Shown here: piece after piece, positions 16,751-25,161 of the stretch
How positions within the stretch are numbered: the stretch's first letter is position 1
Layout: each line of letters begins with the position of its first letter
Source of the DNA: Terriglobia bacterium
GTDB taxonomy: Bacteria; Acidobacteriota; Terriglobia; UBA7540
Reading direction: 5' to 3'
Assembly: GCA_035490955.1 (NCBI GenBank)
Contig: DATJKY010000177.1
Span: 1 to 29,052 of the forward strand
Length of the DNA stretch: 29,052 bases
Program-made: the position numbers and the translations under genes
Notes under the pieces: generated by a model
What the model was told of the DNA's origin: nothing
Databases searched by the model: none
What the model saw: the letters and a program-made list of their open reading frames with translations, nothing else

Positions 16751-16778
16751 CTGCCCGCTGCCTGCTGCCGACTGCCTA
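16751..16778. repeat. Tandem heptamer repeat (CTGCCNR x4) in the tpiA leader
   Basis: ctgcccg ctgcctg ctgccga ctgccta. Confidence 0.75.
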
Positions 16779-16799
16779 CTTGTGTGGAGTGAGGTGAGA

Positions 16800-17576
16800 A
16801 TGCGTCGTCCTGTGATTGCGGGTAACTGGAAAATGTACAAGGCCATTCGGGAGGCGGTGGAGTTTGTTGAGCAACTCCGGCCGCTGGTGGCGCAGTCCCT
16901 CCACTGCGACGCGGTGGTGGCTCCACCCTTCACGGCGCTGGCGGCGGTGAGCGCTGCAGCGCGGGGCAGCAACATTGCCGTGTCGGCGCAAGACTGTCAC
17001 TGGGATAAGGAAGGCGCTCACACCGGCGACGTTTCGCCGCAGATGGTCGTGGATGCTGGCTGTTCCCATGTCATTATCGGCCACTCCGAGCGTCGCCATG
17101 ACCATGGTGAAACGGACGAACAGGTGAACCGCAAGCTGAAGGCAGCCCTTGCCGCCGGCCTTGTCCCCATCGTCTGCGTAGGAGAGACGCTGGCTGAGCG
17201 CGAAGGCGGCAAGACCCACGACGTGCTGCAACGCCAGTTTCGCGGCAGCTTCGCCGGATTGACCGCGCCGGAGTTTTCCCGTATCATAGTGGGTTACGAG
17301 CCAGTTTGGGCTATCGGCACTGGACGCACGGCGACCCCAGAAATGGCGAGCCAAAGCCACGCGTGCCTGCGCCAAATGGCCTCCGAGTACTTCGGTGACG
17401 TTGTGGCCGGCGGGTTGAGAATTCTTTATGGCGGCAGCGTGAAGCCGGAGAACATCGGCGCTCTCATGGCCCAGGAAGAAATTGACGGAGCGCTGGTGGG
17501 CGGGGCTAGCCTGAAAGTGGACCCCTTCGCCGCTATTGTGAATTATCCGGGCGGCGCGGGAGCTAGCACTTCGTGA
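16800..17576 (+). CDS. tpiA: Triosephosphate isomerase
   Basis: Start at ATG 16800 after GAGGTG. Motifs AGNWKM, IIGHSERR, YEPVWAIGTG, YGGSVKP, GALVGGAS. Confidence 0.97.
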   Translation: MRRPVIAGNWKMYKAIREAVEFVEQLRPLVAQSLHCDAVVAPPFTALAAVSAAARGSNIAVSAQDCHWDKEGAHTGDVSPQMVVDAGCSHVIIGHSERRHDHGETDEQVNRKLKAALAAGLVPIVCVGETLAEREGGKTHDVLQRQFRGSFAGLTAPEFSRIIVGYEPVWAIGTGRTATPEMASQSHACLRQMASEYFGDVVAGGLRILYGGSVKPENIGALMAQEEIDGALVGGASLKVDPFAAIVNYPGGAGASTS

Positions 17577-17604
17577 CACAGACAACCGAACCGAAAGAGG
17601 TTGA

Positions 17605-17940
17605 ATGATTGTAGCTGTGACAGCGCTTCACATCCTGGTCAGCATCCTGCTCATCTTGCTGGTGCTGATCCAAGGCGGCGAGAACGTGGATATCACCGCC
17701 GCCTTCGGCGGCGTCAGCCAGGCGGCGTTTGGACCGCGGGGGGCGGTCTCCACCATGGCGAAGATTACCTGGGGGCTGGGAGCCATCTTTATAGCGACTT
17801 CGGTCACCCTGTCGGTTTGGGCCAGCCGGCAAACCTCGGGGTCGATCTTGGAGAACGCACCTAAGCAAACCACGCCGGCTTCTAAAGCACCTGCACCCAA
17901 GGCAACCGCGCCGGCTCCGCCTCAGGTGCCGAAAAAGTAG
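17605..17940 (+). CDS. secG: Preprotein translocase subunit SecG
   Basis: Two TM helices, VLIQGG..AAFGG..AFG linker and AAAGAGG RBS; conserved tpiA-secG-tRNA-Leu synteny. Confidence 0.93.
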   Translation: MIVAVTALHILVSILLILLVLIQGGENVDITAAFGGVSQAAFGPRGAVSTMAKITWGLGAIFIATSVTLSVWASRQTSGSILENAPKQTTPASKAPAPKATAPAPPQVPKK

Positions 17941-18001
17941 ATTCGTCCGCAGTCAGTGGCCTTCGCGAGTCGGAGAGTTTTGTCGTGAGTGACGGCTGAC
18001 T

Positions 18002-18070
18002 AGCTGTGAAAAAACGGCTGTGAAGCCGCGCCAGCCCATCGCCAAAGGCCGAGCGGGTTTTTTCACAGCT
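18002..18070. repeat. Short element with 14-bp perfect terminal inverted repeat (degenerate MITE-like)
   Basis: agctgtgaaaaaac (18002-18015) and gttttttcacagct (18057-18070). CTAG overlaps the left end, and ttctaag follows the right end. Confidence 0.65.
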
Positions 18071-18101
18071 TCTAAGTTGACAACGGCAAGCTGCCTTTTT
18101 T

Positions 18102-18185
18102 GCGGAAGTGGCGGAATTGGCAGACGCACCAGCTTGAGGGGCTGACGCTCGCAAGAGCGTGGGGGTTCGAGTCCCCCCTTCCGCA
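18102..18185 (+). tRNA. tRNA-Leu(GAG)
   Basis: Acceptor GCGGAAG/CTTCCGC plus discriminator A, D-loop with GG, anticodon loop TTGAGGG, long variable arm CGCTC-GCAA-GAGCG, T arm GGGGG-TTCGAGT-CCCCC. CCA is not encoded (CTA), and there is one C-A mismatch at the top of the anticodon stem. Confidence 0.93.
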
Positions 18186-18215
18186 CTATATCTCGTGTTC
18201 GTTCCGTTCCTCATT

Positions 18216-19580
18216 ATGAGCACGCGACTGATGCAGGAACCGGCTGCCGAGCTTTACCACTCCTTGCACGAAGCCCGCCAGCGAACTCTCGAACTCATCG
18301 AGGATCTCACCGACGAGCAAATGATCGGGCCACGCCTGGCTATCGTCAACCCCCTACGCTGGGAGGTCGCGCACGTAGCGTGGTTCCAGGAATACTGGAT
18401 CGTGCGCCACTTCCGAAAGGAAGCGCCGACTCGGCCCGACGGGGACCGCCTCTACGATTCCGCCCGCATTGCCCACGACACCCGTTGGGATCTCCCACTT
18501 CCCTCCAAGGCTGAGACGCTTGCTTACATTCAACGCATCCTGGAACGTATCGCAGAGCACCGTCAGCCGACCGGTTCCGAGCCGGGCACGCAGGTCGATG
18601 GCTATGACGAAGCGTATTTCATTCGCCTGGCTCTCCTGCATGAATACATGCACGCGGAGGCCATCACATACACTCGTCAGACATTGGGCTATCCGGCGCC
18701 GAAGATTGGCAGCAGCTCGGAATTCGAGACCCGAGGTTCGGGGTTGGGCAAAACTGACGAGGCCTCCCGAAGCCCGGACGGTGACGCCGAGATTCCAGGC
18801 GGTACTTTCCTCCTCGGTACTACCCCAGGCACGACGTTTGTGTTTGACAACGAGCAATGGGCGCATCTCGTCACTCTAGCCCCATTTCGCATGGCGCGTA
18901 CCGCCGTGTCCAATGGGGAGTTCGCTGCTTTCGTTGAGTATGGCGGCTATAAACGGCGCGACCTTTGGACGGAGGAAGGGTGGCGATGGCGCGAGGGCGT
19001 GGGAGCTAACCATCCGGTTTACTGGCAAAGGCAAGCCGGCGGCCGCTGGCTGCGACGCAACTTCGATGAGTGGGTTCCCCTGGAAGGGCGCCTGCCCGTG
19101 CTGCACGTGAACTGGTTTGAGGCGGACGCTTACTGCCGCTGGGTCGGACGCCGGCTCCCCACCGAGGTGGAATGGGAGATGGCGGCGTGTTGCGAACCCA
19201 CGCCGGATGGCCGCAGCGTAACCGCGCGCAAGAGACTGTTTCCCTGGGGCGACGATAAGCCTAGCCCAGACCGCGCCAACCTGGACTGGCGCGCCATGGG
19301 TTCGGTGGATGTCGACGCGTTGCCGGCCGGTGACTCCGCTTTCGGCTGCCGGCAGATGATCGGCAACGTGTGGGAGTGGACGGCCACCGACTTTGGTCCC
19401 TACCCCGGCTTTGCTCCCGGTCCTTACAAGGAGTATTCCGCACCCTGGTTCGGGGATCACAAGGTGCTGCGCGGCGGCTGCTGGGTGACGCGCTCCGGCC
19501 TGATCCGCAATAACTATCGCAACTTCTATAAGCCCCACCGCCGCGACGTCTGGGCCGGCTTCCGCACCTGTGCCCTTTAG
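18216..19580 (+). CDS. senA: Selenoneine synthase SenA-like (EgtB/OvoA-family non-heme Fe enzyme; DinB plus FGE-sulfatase domains)
   Basis: GPRLAIVNPLRWEVAHVAWFQE, HEYMHAE (H-x3-H-x-E iron motif), RLPTEVEWE, GNVWEW, GFR C-terminus. The SenA call over EgtB rests on the adjacent SenB-like gene. Confidence 0.8.
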   Translation: MSTRLMQEPAAELYHSLHEARQRTLELIEDLTDEQMIGPRLAIVNPLRWEVAHVAWFQEYWIVRHFRKEAPTRPDGDRLYDSARIAHDTRWDLPLPSKAETLAYIQRILERIAEHRQPTGSEPGTQVDGYDEAYFIRLALLHEYMHAEAITYTRQTLGYPAPKIGSSSEFETRGSGLGKTDEASRSPDGDAEIPGGTFLLGTTPGTTFVFDNEQWAHLVTLAPFRMARTAVSNGEFAAFVEYGGYKRRDLWTEEGWRWREGVGANHPVYWQRQAGGRWLRRNFDEWVPLEGRLPVLHVNWFEADAYCRWVGRRLPTEVEWEMAACCEPTPDGRSVTARKRLFPWGDDKPSPDRANLDWRAMGSVDVDALPAGDSAFGCRQMIGNVWEWTATDFGPYPGFAPGPYKEYSAPWFGDHKVLRGGCWVTRSGLIRNNYRNFYKPHRRDVWAGFRTCAL

Positions 19581-19588
19581 AATGCAAC

Positions 19589-20581
19589 GTGAAGATTGGA
19601 ATCGTCACCCCCGCTCCTCCCCGCTCTCGCTACGGGAACCGGCTGACTGCCGTTCGCTGGGCTGGCATTCTCAGAAGACTTGGCCACCGAGCGAGCATCA
19701 TTCAAGCTTACGAGGGTGAAGCGTACGGTCTGCTGGTGGCCCTGCACGCGCGGCGCAGTTACCCGTCGATCCGTCGCTTTCACCTTGACCATCCAGAGTG
19801 CCCGCTGCTGGTTGCACTCACCGGAACGGACCTCTACAAAGACCTGCCAGGAAGTCGAAGAGCGCGCCAGTCCCTGGAGCTCGCCACTCGTCTGATCGTG
19901 CTTCAGCCTAAGGCCAGCGAAGCGTTGCCGCCTCATCTGCGCCCAAAGGTGCGCGTAATCTACCAGTCCGTTTCTCGGGGTTCGGGGTTCGGAATTCGGG
20001 GTCCGGGAAAGGACGCAAAACCCAATCCGAATCCTGTCTCTCGCGGCCGGAGCTTCGACGTCGTTGTGATTGGGCATCTGCGCCCGGTCAAAGACCCGTT
20101 TCGTACGGCGCGCGCGGTGCGGCAGCTTCCGTTGTCGTCTGGCGTCCGCGTCCTGCATTTGGGTGCGGCGATGGATGAAGCGATGGCCCGCCGCGCACGT
20201 GCCGAAATGAGGGTGAACCCGCGTTACCTCTGGCTGGGTGAGCAGCCACATTGGCGCGTGCAACAAATCCTCAGGAGCAGTAAGCTCTGTGTGCTCTCAT
20301 CGAAGCTGGAAGGTGGCGCCAACGTTGTATCGGAGGCGATCGTGGCCGGGGTTCCGTTGCTAGTTTCGCGGATCCCCGGTTCCATGGGCCTGCTGGGCGA
20401 GAGCTACTCCGGTTACTTCAGAGTAGGTGATACTAAGGGGCTTGCACAGCTCCTGCGCCGCACCGAGACGGACCCGTCATTGCTGAGCAAGCTTCGGTCT
20501 CACTGCAGGAAGCTTGTACCTCTTTTTGATCCCGGCGGCGAAAAGACCGCTTGGGACCGGCTGCTGCAGGAACTGATTTAA
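19589..20581 (+). CDS. senB: Selenosugar synthase SenB-like GT-B glycosyltransferase (TIGR04348-type)
   Basis: IVTPAPPRSRYGNRLTAVRWA, VALHARRS, LTGTDLY, GHLRPVKDPF and SKLEGGANVVSEA match my recollection of the TIGR04348/SenB family. GTG start 8 nt after the senA stop. Confidence 0.85.
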   Translation: MKIGIVTPAPPRSRYGNRLTAVRWAGILRRLGHRASIIQAYEGEAYGLLVALHARRSYPSIRRFHLDHPECPLLVALTGTDLYKDLPGSRRARQSLELATRLIVLQPKASEALPPHLRPKVRVIYQSVSRGSGFGIRGPGKDAKPNPNPVSRGRSFDVVVIGHLRPVKDPFRTARAVRQLPLSSGVRVLHLGAAMDEAMARRARAEMRVNPRYLWLGEQPHWRVQQILRSSKLCVLSSKLEGGANVVSEAIVAGVPLLVSRIPGSMGLLGESYSGYFRVGDTKGLAQLLRRTETDPSLLSKLRSHCRKLVPLFDPGGEKTAWDRLLQELI

Positions 20582-20817
20582 ATGTCACTTTGCAACCCGT
20601 CCTGAAATGGGTCGGAGCCGGTGTTGGTTGGATTTAGTGAGGCTCGCGGTAAGGTTAGAATCCTGCCTACGTCCCGGATGCCGGAAGCGTGCCGAAGGCG
20701 TATGCCGCTTGAACCTGCAGCTATAATGTTGAGTCATTTCAAGAGCGACGCGACTTCGACGGCCCATATTCTTGTGCTCCCGTCAGCTCGCGATCTCACG
20801 TCTGAAGTACTCGTCCA

Positions 20818-21363
20818 ATGCCGAGGCCTTCGAGCTCACCCTCTCCGCTGGTTCCGCTGAGTGACAGAGTACGCAGCGGACTCTACGCGGGGCAAAGCGG
20901 GTCGCGCGGGGTCGTCTCCCACGATCGGGCCATCATTCTTCTGATCGCCGTGTTCAAGCTGGCGAAAGGCATGCTCCTGATCGCGGCCGGAATCGGCGCT
21001 CTCAAATTGCTGCACCGTGATATGGCGAGTAGCGTCGCACACTGGATCACCGTGCTGAGAGTGGACCCCGACAACCGGCATATCAATCGATTGGTCGAAT
21101 GGCTCCTGGCGGTGAACCGTCGCAAGTTGGAAGAGATCAGCGTTGGGACGTTTTTCTATGCCTCGCTTTTTCTTACTGAGGGAACCGGGCTTGCCCTCGG
21201 CAAACGCTGGGCGGAGTACTTCACAAGCATCGTCACGGGATCGTTCATTCCGCTCGAGATATACGAACTGATTCACCATTTCAGCGTCGGCAAGCTGAGT
21301 GTGGTGGCAATCAATGGAGCGGTCGTCTTGTATTTGGTCGGCAGGCTGAAAAGGCGCCCGTGA
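20818..21363 (+). CDS. DUF2127-like membrane protein
   Basis: IAVFKLAKG...IGALKLLH, EGTGLALGKRWAEY, IPLEIYEL pattern with four TM helices. Start uncertain. Confidence 0.75.
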   Translation: MPRPSSSPSPLVPLSDRVRSGLYAGQSGSRGVVSHDRAIILLIAVFKLAKGMLLIAAGIGALKLLHRDMASSVAHWITVLRVDPDNRHINRLVEWLLAVNRRKLEEISVGTFFYASLFLTEGTGLALGKRWAEYFTSIVTGSFIPLEIYELIHHFSVGKLSVVAINGAVVLYLVGRLKRRP

Positions 21364-21592
21364 AGATCCCGGCCATTTCGCACAAAGCGTTGACTACCGT
21401 TACCGCCGTCGAAGGCGGCGGCGTGCGCAGGTCATGGGGAGCGCCGCCCCCTACGGCGGAACTTGCAGTGCGGCTGTCGGCCAGCAGGAGTCGTTAGTCG
21501 AAATTCCAATTAGCAGCTGCCTCTTCGTTTGGAGGAAGAATTCGACGCTTCCAGCTCTTTCGAATCTCGATGCGAAGGGTAGGCCAAATGAA

Positions 21593-24109
21593 ATGATGCC
21601 TCGTGTCCGTTCTCTCGAAACCCTCGCTGGTGGCTTCATTATGCTCTTTTCGGTGCTGTCTGCACGGGTCCTGGCTCAGACCAATCTCAACTATCGGCGG
21701 CCGCCCAAGGCGATCGTCGATTTGGTAGACATCCTGCCCACTCCTTTTGTCGAGGTTTCGCCCGCCGGCGCCTCCGGCAAGAAAGAATTGCTGATCGAAT
21801 TCGTTTCCGGCTTTCCCACCATTGCCGATCTCGCGCAACCGGAGTTGCGCCTCGGCGGTTTGCGCTTCAATCCTAAGACCAATGGTCCCAGCCGCGGCCG
21901 GTACCTTACGTCCCTCGACCTGAAAGCTCACCCCGAAGGAGCTGAGACCACCGTCAGCGGACTGCCGGTAAACGCGAAGATCCGCTTTGCCAGTTGGGCG
22001 CCCGATGGCCGGAGCATCATGTTCGTTAATACCAGCGACCTGAGCCGAGATCCCGGTCTCAGCCTCTGGATCGTGGACGTTTCGACCGCGCGTGCCCGCC
22101 GCGTTCTCGGCATTGCGCTCAATGGCATCTTCGGTGCGCCTTGCGAATGGCTCAGCGACAGCCAGAGCCTTCTTTGCAAGACCGTTCCCAAGGATCGCGG
22201 CGCCGCTCCCGGGCGTAGCGAAGTGCCCTCGGGCCCCGTCATCCAGGAAAACCTCGGCCGGGTCACCCCGGGCCCCACCTATGAGGATTTGCTCAAAAGC
22301 CCCGAAGACGAGCGCATTTTCGACTACTATGCCACCTCGCAGGTCGAACTCATTCGCCTCGACGGCGCGGCTACGCCCGTGGGCAAGCCCGGCGTCATCG
22401 TCAACGCCTCGCCTTCACCCGATGCGCAATACGCACTCATCGACGAGCGCCACCATCCTTACAGCTACCTGCTCCCCCTCGAGTTCTTCCCCGAGCACGT
22501 CTCGGTGATCAATCTGAAAACCGGTGCCGTGCGCGAGGTCGTCGACAAACCGCTTGAAGACACCATTCCCAACATTCACGACGCCGTTCCCCCCGGGCCG
22601 CGCGATTACCGGTGGCGGAGCGACTCGCCCGCAACGCTGTTCTGGGTGGAAGCCGGAGACGGCGGCGACCCCCGCGAAGAAGCTCCCATTCGCGACTCGC
22701 TGTTCCTCCTCGACGCGCCTTTCGCGACTTCTTCCCACGCTGCGCCTCGCAAGCTCGCCGATCTTCCTCTCCGCTTCCACAATGTCTCGTGGTCGAGCGA
22801 CCGCTTGGCAGTCATCGAAGAACGCCGCTGGAAAGACCGTAAACGCATCATCCTCGCCGTTGCTCCCGGGAAGGCTGCGCCCGCGCCGGCCGTCACCTTG
22901 TTCGAAGGATCATTCGAAGACCGATATCATGACCCCGGCATCCCCTTTGAGATCATGAATTCCACCGGCAAGCAGGTCCTGGAGACGACTCCGGACTCAC
23001 GCGGCATCTTCTTCCAAGCCCAGGGTGCCTCGCCCGAAGGCGATCAGCCTTTCGTTTCCGTGGTCGATGTCGCGGATGGCGCTACCAAGCGACTCTGGCA
23101 GTCTGCCCCGCCGTATTTCGAACTGCCTTCCGCTGTTTTGAGCGCGGCTACACCCACTATTTTGATTCGCCGTGAGTCCGCCGAGCAAAGCCCCAACTAC
23201 TACATCAAGAATCTTGCGCAGAACACTCTCGCCCAGGTTACATCATTTCCAAATCCTTACGGCAGCGCGCCGCTTCCGAGAAAGCGTGTCCTCAAGTACA
23301 AGCGCGCCGATGGCGTCGATCTCAGCGCCAATCTCTATCTCCCGCCCGGCTACAAACCCAGCGACGGCCCACTGCCTACTTTACTGGAAGCGTACCCCGT
23401 GGAATACAAAACCAAGGCCGCCGCAGGACAGATGACCGGTTCGCCCTACGAATTCACCATTCTCTATTGGGGTTCGCCTGTGCCGTTCGCTGCGGTGGGC
23501 TACGCGGTTCTCCAGAACGCCACCATTCCCATCGTCGGTGAGGGCCAGACCGAGCCCAACGATACCTACGTCGATCAGCTCGTCTCGAGCGCCAAGGCCG
23601 CCATCGACGAAGGCACTCGCCTCGGCTTCGTTGACCCCAAGCGCGTCGCCGTTATGGGCCACTCCTACGGCGCATTCATGACCGTCAATCTTCTGGCCCA
23701 TTCCGACTTCTTCAAAGCCGGCATCGCGCGCAGTGGCGCCTACAATCGCACCCTCACGCCGTTCGGCTTTCAGAATGAAGACCGCACTTACTGGCAGGCG
23801 CCCGAGGTCTATTACAAGATGTCTCCCTTCTCTTATGCGGACAAAATCAAGGCGCCGCTTCTGCTCATCCACGGCGAGGCCGACAACAACACCGGCACGT
23901 GGCCCCTGCAAAGTGAGCGCCTCTTCAGCGCTATCAAAGGGCACGGTGGCACGGTCCGCCTCGTGTTGCTGCCGCTGGAGGCTCACGGTTACGCGGCGCG
24001 CGAATCGGTGCTCCATATGCTCTGGGAAATGAACAACTGGCTGGAAACCTACGTCAAGAATCCGCAAACCGCCCCCGCCCCGGCAACCGCCGCTGCCGGG
24101 CAACCCTGA
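21593..24109 (+). CDS. Secreted S9 family (prolyl oligopeptidase/glutamyl endopeptidase-like) serine peptidase
   Basis: Start placed at ATG 21593, followed by a signal peptide. Beta-propeller N-part and catalytic GHSYG, HGEADNN, EAHGY. Confidence 0.92.
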   Translation: MMPRVRSLETLAGGFIMLFSVLSARVLAQTNLNYRRPPKAIVDLVDILPTPFVEVSPAGASGKKELLIEFVSGFPTIADLAQPELRLGGLRFNPKTNGPSRGRYLTSLDLKAHPEGAETTVSGLPVNAKIRFASWAPDGRSIMFVNTSDLSRDPGLSLWIVDVSTARARRVLGIALNGIFGAPCEWLSDSQSLLCKTVPKDRGAAPGRSEVPSGPVIQENLGRVTPGPTYEDLLKSPEDERIFDYYATSQVELIRLDGAATPVGKPGVIVNASPSPDAQYALIDERHHPYSYLLPLEFFPEHVSVINLKTGAVREVVDKPLEDTIPNIHDAVPPGPRDYRWRSDSPATLFWVEAGDGGDPREEAPIRDSLFLLDAPFATSSHAAPRKLADLPLRFHNVSWSSDRLAVIEERRWKDRKRIILAVAPGKAAPAPAVTLFEGSFEDRYHDPGIPFEIMNSTGKQVLETTPDSRGIFFQAQGASPEGDQPFVSVVDVADGATKRLWQSAPPYFELPSAVLSAATPTILIRRESAEQSPNYYIKNLAQNTLAQVTSFPNPYGSAPLPRKRVLKYKRADGVDLSANLYLPPGYKPSDGPLPTLLEAYPVEYKTKAAAGQMTGSPYEFTILYWGSPVPFAAVGYAVLQNATIPIVGEGQTEPNDTYVDQLVSSAKAAIDEGTRLGFVDPKRVAVMGHSYGAFMTVNLLAHSDFFKAGIARSGAYNRTLTPFGFQNEDRTYWQAPEVYYKMSPFSYADKIKAPLLLIHGEADNNTGTWPLQSERLFSAIKGHGGTVRLVLLPLEAHGYAARESVLHMLWEMNNWLETYVKNPQTAPAPATAAAGQP

Positions 24110-24601
24110 CCCCCGCATCGCTTAGGCACACCTTCGAAGTCGCTTGGGCAAGCGGGGAAGACTGTAATTTTGGAGGTCCTGCCGGTTAATTAAGTGCTTG
24201 AGGGGCGCAAAGGCCGGCCTCAGAAGTCTTCTTTCTAAGACATTGTAAATAATTAACTTATTCTATATCCTCAATGGAGGCCAGGCGCAATGTCATTCAA
24301 ATTTCGCCAAAAAACGGCCTAATTCCGCCGTAAGTTGCTGACACCGTTAGACATATCACCTTTGGGTTTGTTTCTCTCATTTGCGAGCTATGTTGTTGAT
24401 AAAAAGCAGGTTAATTCCATTGGGTTTGTTTTCCATCCCTCCCCTCTTCTTTGTTTTCTTTGTTGCGGTCGTCGGCGTCGGGTCCTCGGAATTCTAGCCA
24501 CCGGCTTATCAGTCCTGAATTCGGCATCGCGAAACGTGAATCTTCATCACCACCGCCCATCTAGTTGTCGTCGACAACTTGAGGCTTCGCCTCAGACATC
24601 A

Positions 24602-24721
24602 CCCCTCACCCGGCTCTCCCGCGACTCCCCAAGGGAGAGGGCAAGAAGTCTAGAAACTCAGCCCTCTCCCAAGGGGCCCAAGGGGAGAGGGTGGTCCCGC
24701 GTCGCGGGACCGGGTGAGGGG
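24602..24721. repeat. CCCTCTCCC/GGGAGAGGG-type REP-like palindrome
   Basis: cccctcacccgg (24602-24613) and ccgggtgagggg (24710-24721) form a perfect pair. Nested stems ccctctccc/gggagaggg and ggtcccgcg/cgcgggacc. Confidence 0.8.
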
Positions 24722-24937
24722 TTCCCTTGCTTGCAAACTGCCGAAAAAGTTGACTCAAAAGGTCAAGTTTCGAACCTCCAGCCCCCTAGATGCGCCCAGC
24801 AAAGCTCCAGTATAAACATAGTAATAGAAGATTGTCAATAGGGTAAACTATGTAGGGTGTGCTGCTTCGGAAATTCGCGTCAGAAAGACCGCCGAATGCC
24901 GCGGGAAGCAATCTCTGAGGAGCACCGGGGGCTCGAA

Positions 24938-25060
24938 CTAGCGTAGTGTCCAGTAATTGGCTTCACGATATAGCAACGCCATCTTGGCGGGCATTTGGCG
25001 GCAGGACGCCGGCGCTACGGCCACGACGACAGTCTAGGCAATTCGTGGACACTACACTAG
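24938..25060. mobile_element. CTAG-flanked MITE-like element containing a GTAG-type REP doublet
   Basis: CTAG at 24938 and 25057. Ends cgtagtgtccagtaattg and caattcgtggacactaca match at 15/18 as inverted repeats. Core tagcaacgccatcttggcgg...ggcggcaggacgccggcgctac at 24971-25018. Confidence 0.7.
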
Positions 25061-25125
25061 CTTATTGCTGACAAAAAACGGTCTTGCCTTCAGTGCCCAC
25101 GTCAGCGTAAAAGGCCTCTGGGGAT

Positions 25126-25160
25126 CTTGAATTTTGTGCATGCTGCGCTCATAATTCAAG
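25126..25160 (+). promoter_or_regulatory. Sigma70 promoter with overlapping 8-bp inverted repeat; predicted leaderless transcript
   Basis: TTGAAT (25127-25132), 17 nt, CATAAT (25150-25155). The ATG A (25162) is 7 nt after the -10, and there is no SD. CTTGAATT (25126-25133) pairs with AATTCAAG (25153-25160). Confidence 0.6.
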
Positions 25161-25161
25161 C

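Noticed and set aside
16389-16799. N-terminal extension of tpiA in the ORF track
   Set aside because: It overlaps the divergent lutC-like gene; ATG 16800 has an RBS and the canonical start.
18077-18101. TTGACA before tRNA-Leu as a promoter
   Set aside because: No -10 at the right spacing, and it is too close to the mature tRNA start.
18102-18188. tRNA-Leu as pseudogene or att site (C-A mismatch, no CCA)
   Set aside because: All other arms are canonical, CCA is commonly added post-transcriptionally, and no duplicated 3' fragment was found in the window.
18216-20581. Selenocysteine (UGA) recoding in the sen genes
   Set aside because: Both ORFs are open without in-frame TGA and end in TAG/TAA; no SECIS-like context seen.
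20709-20727. TTGAAC...TATAAT promoter for the DUF2127-like gene
   Set aside because: The spacer is only 7 nt.
24335-24841. 168-aa ORF
   Set aside because: It reads through low-complexity and REP sequence, with no RBS or family motif.
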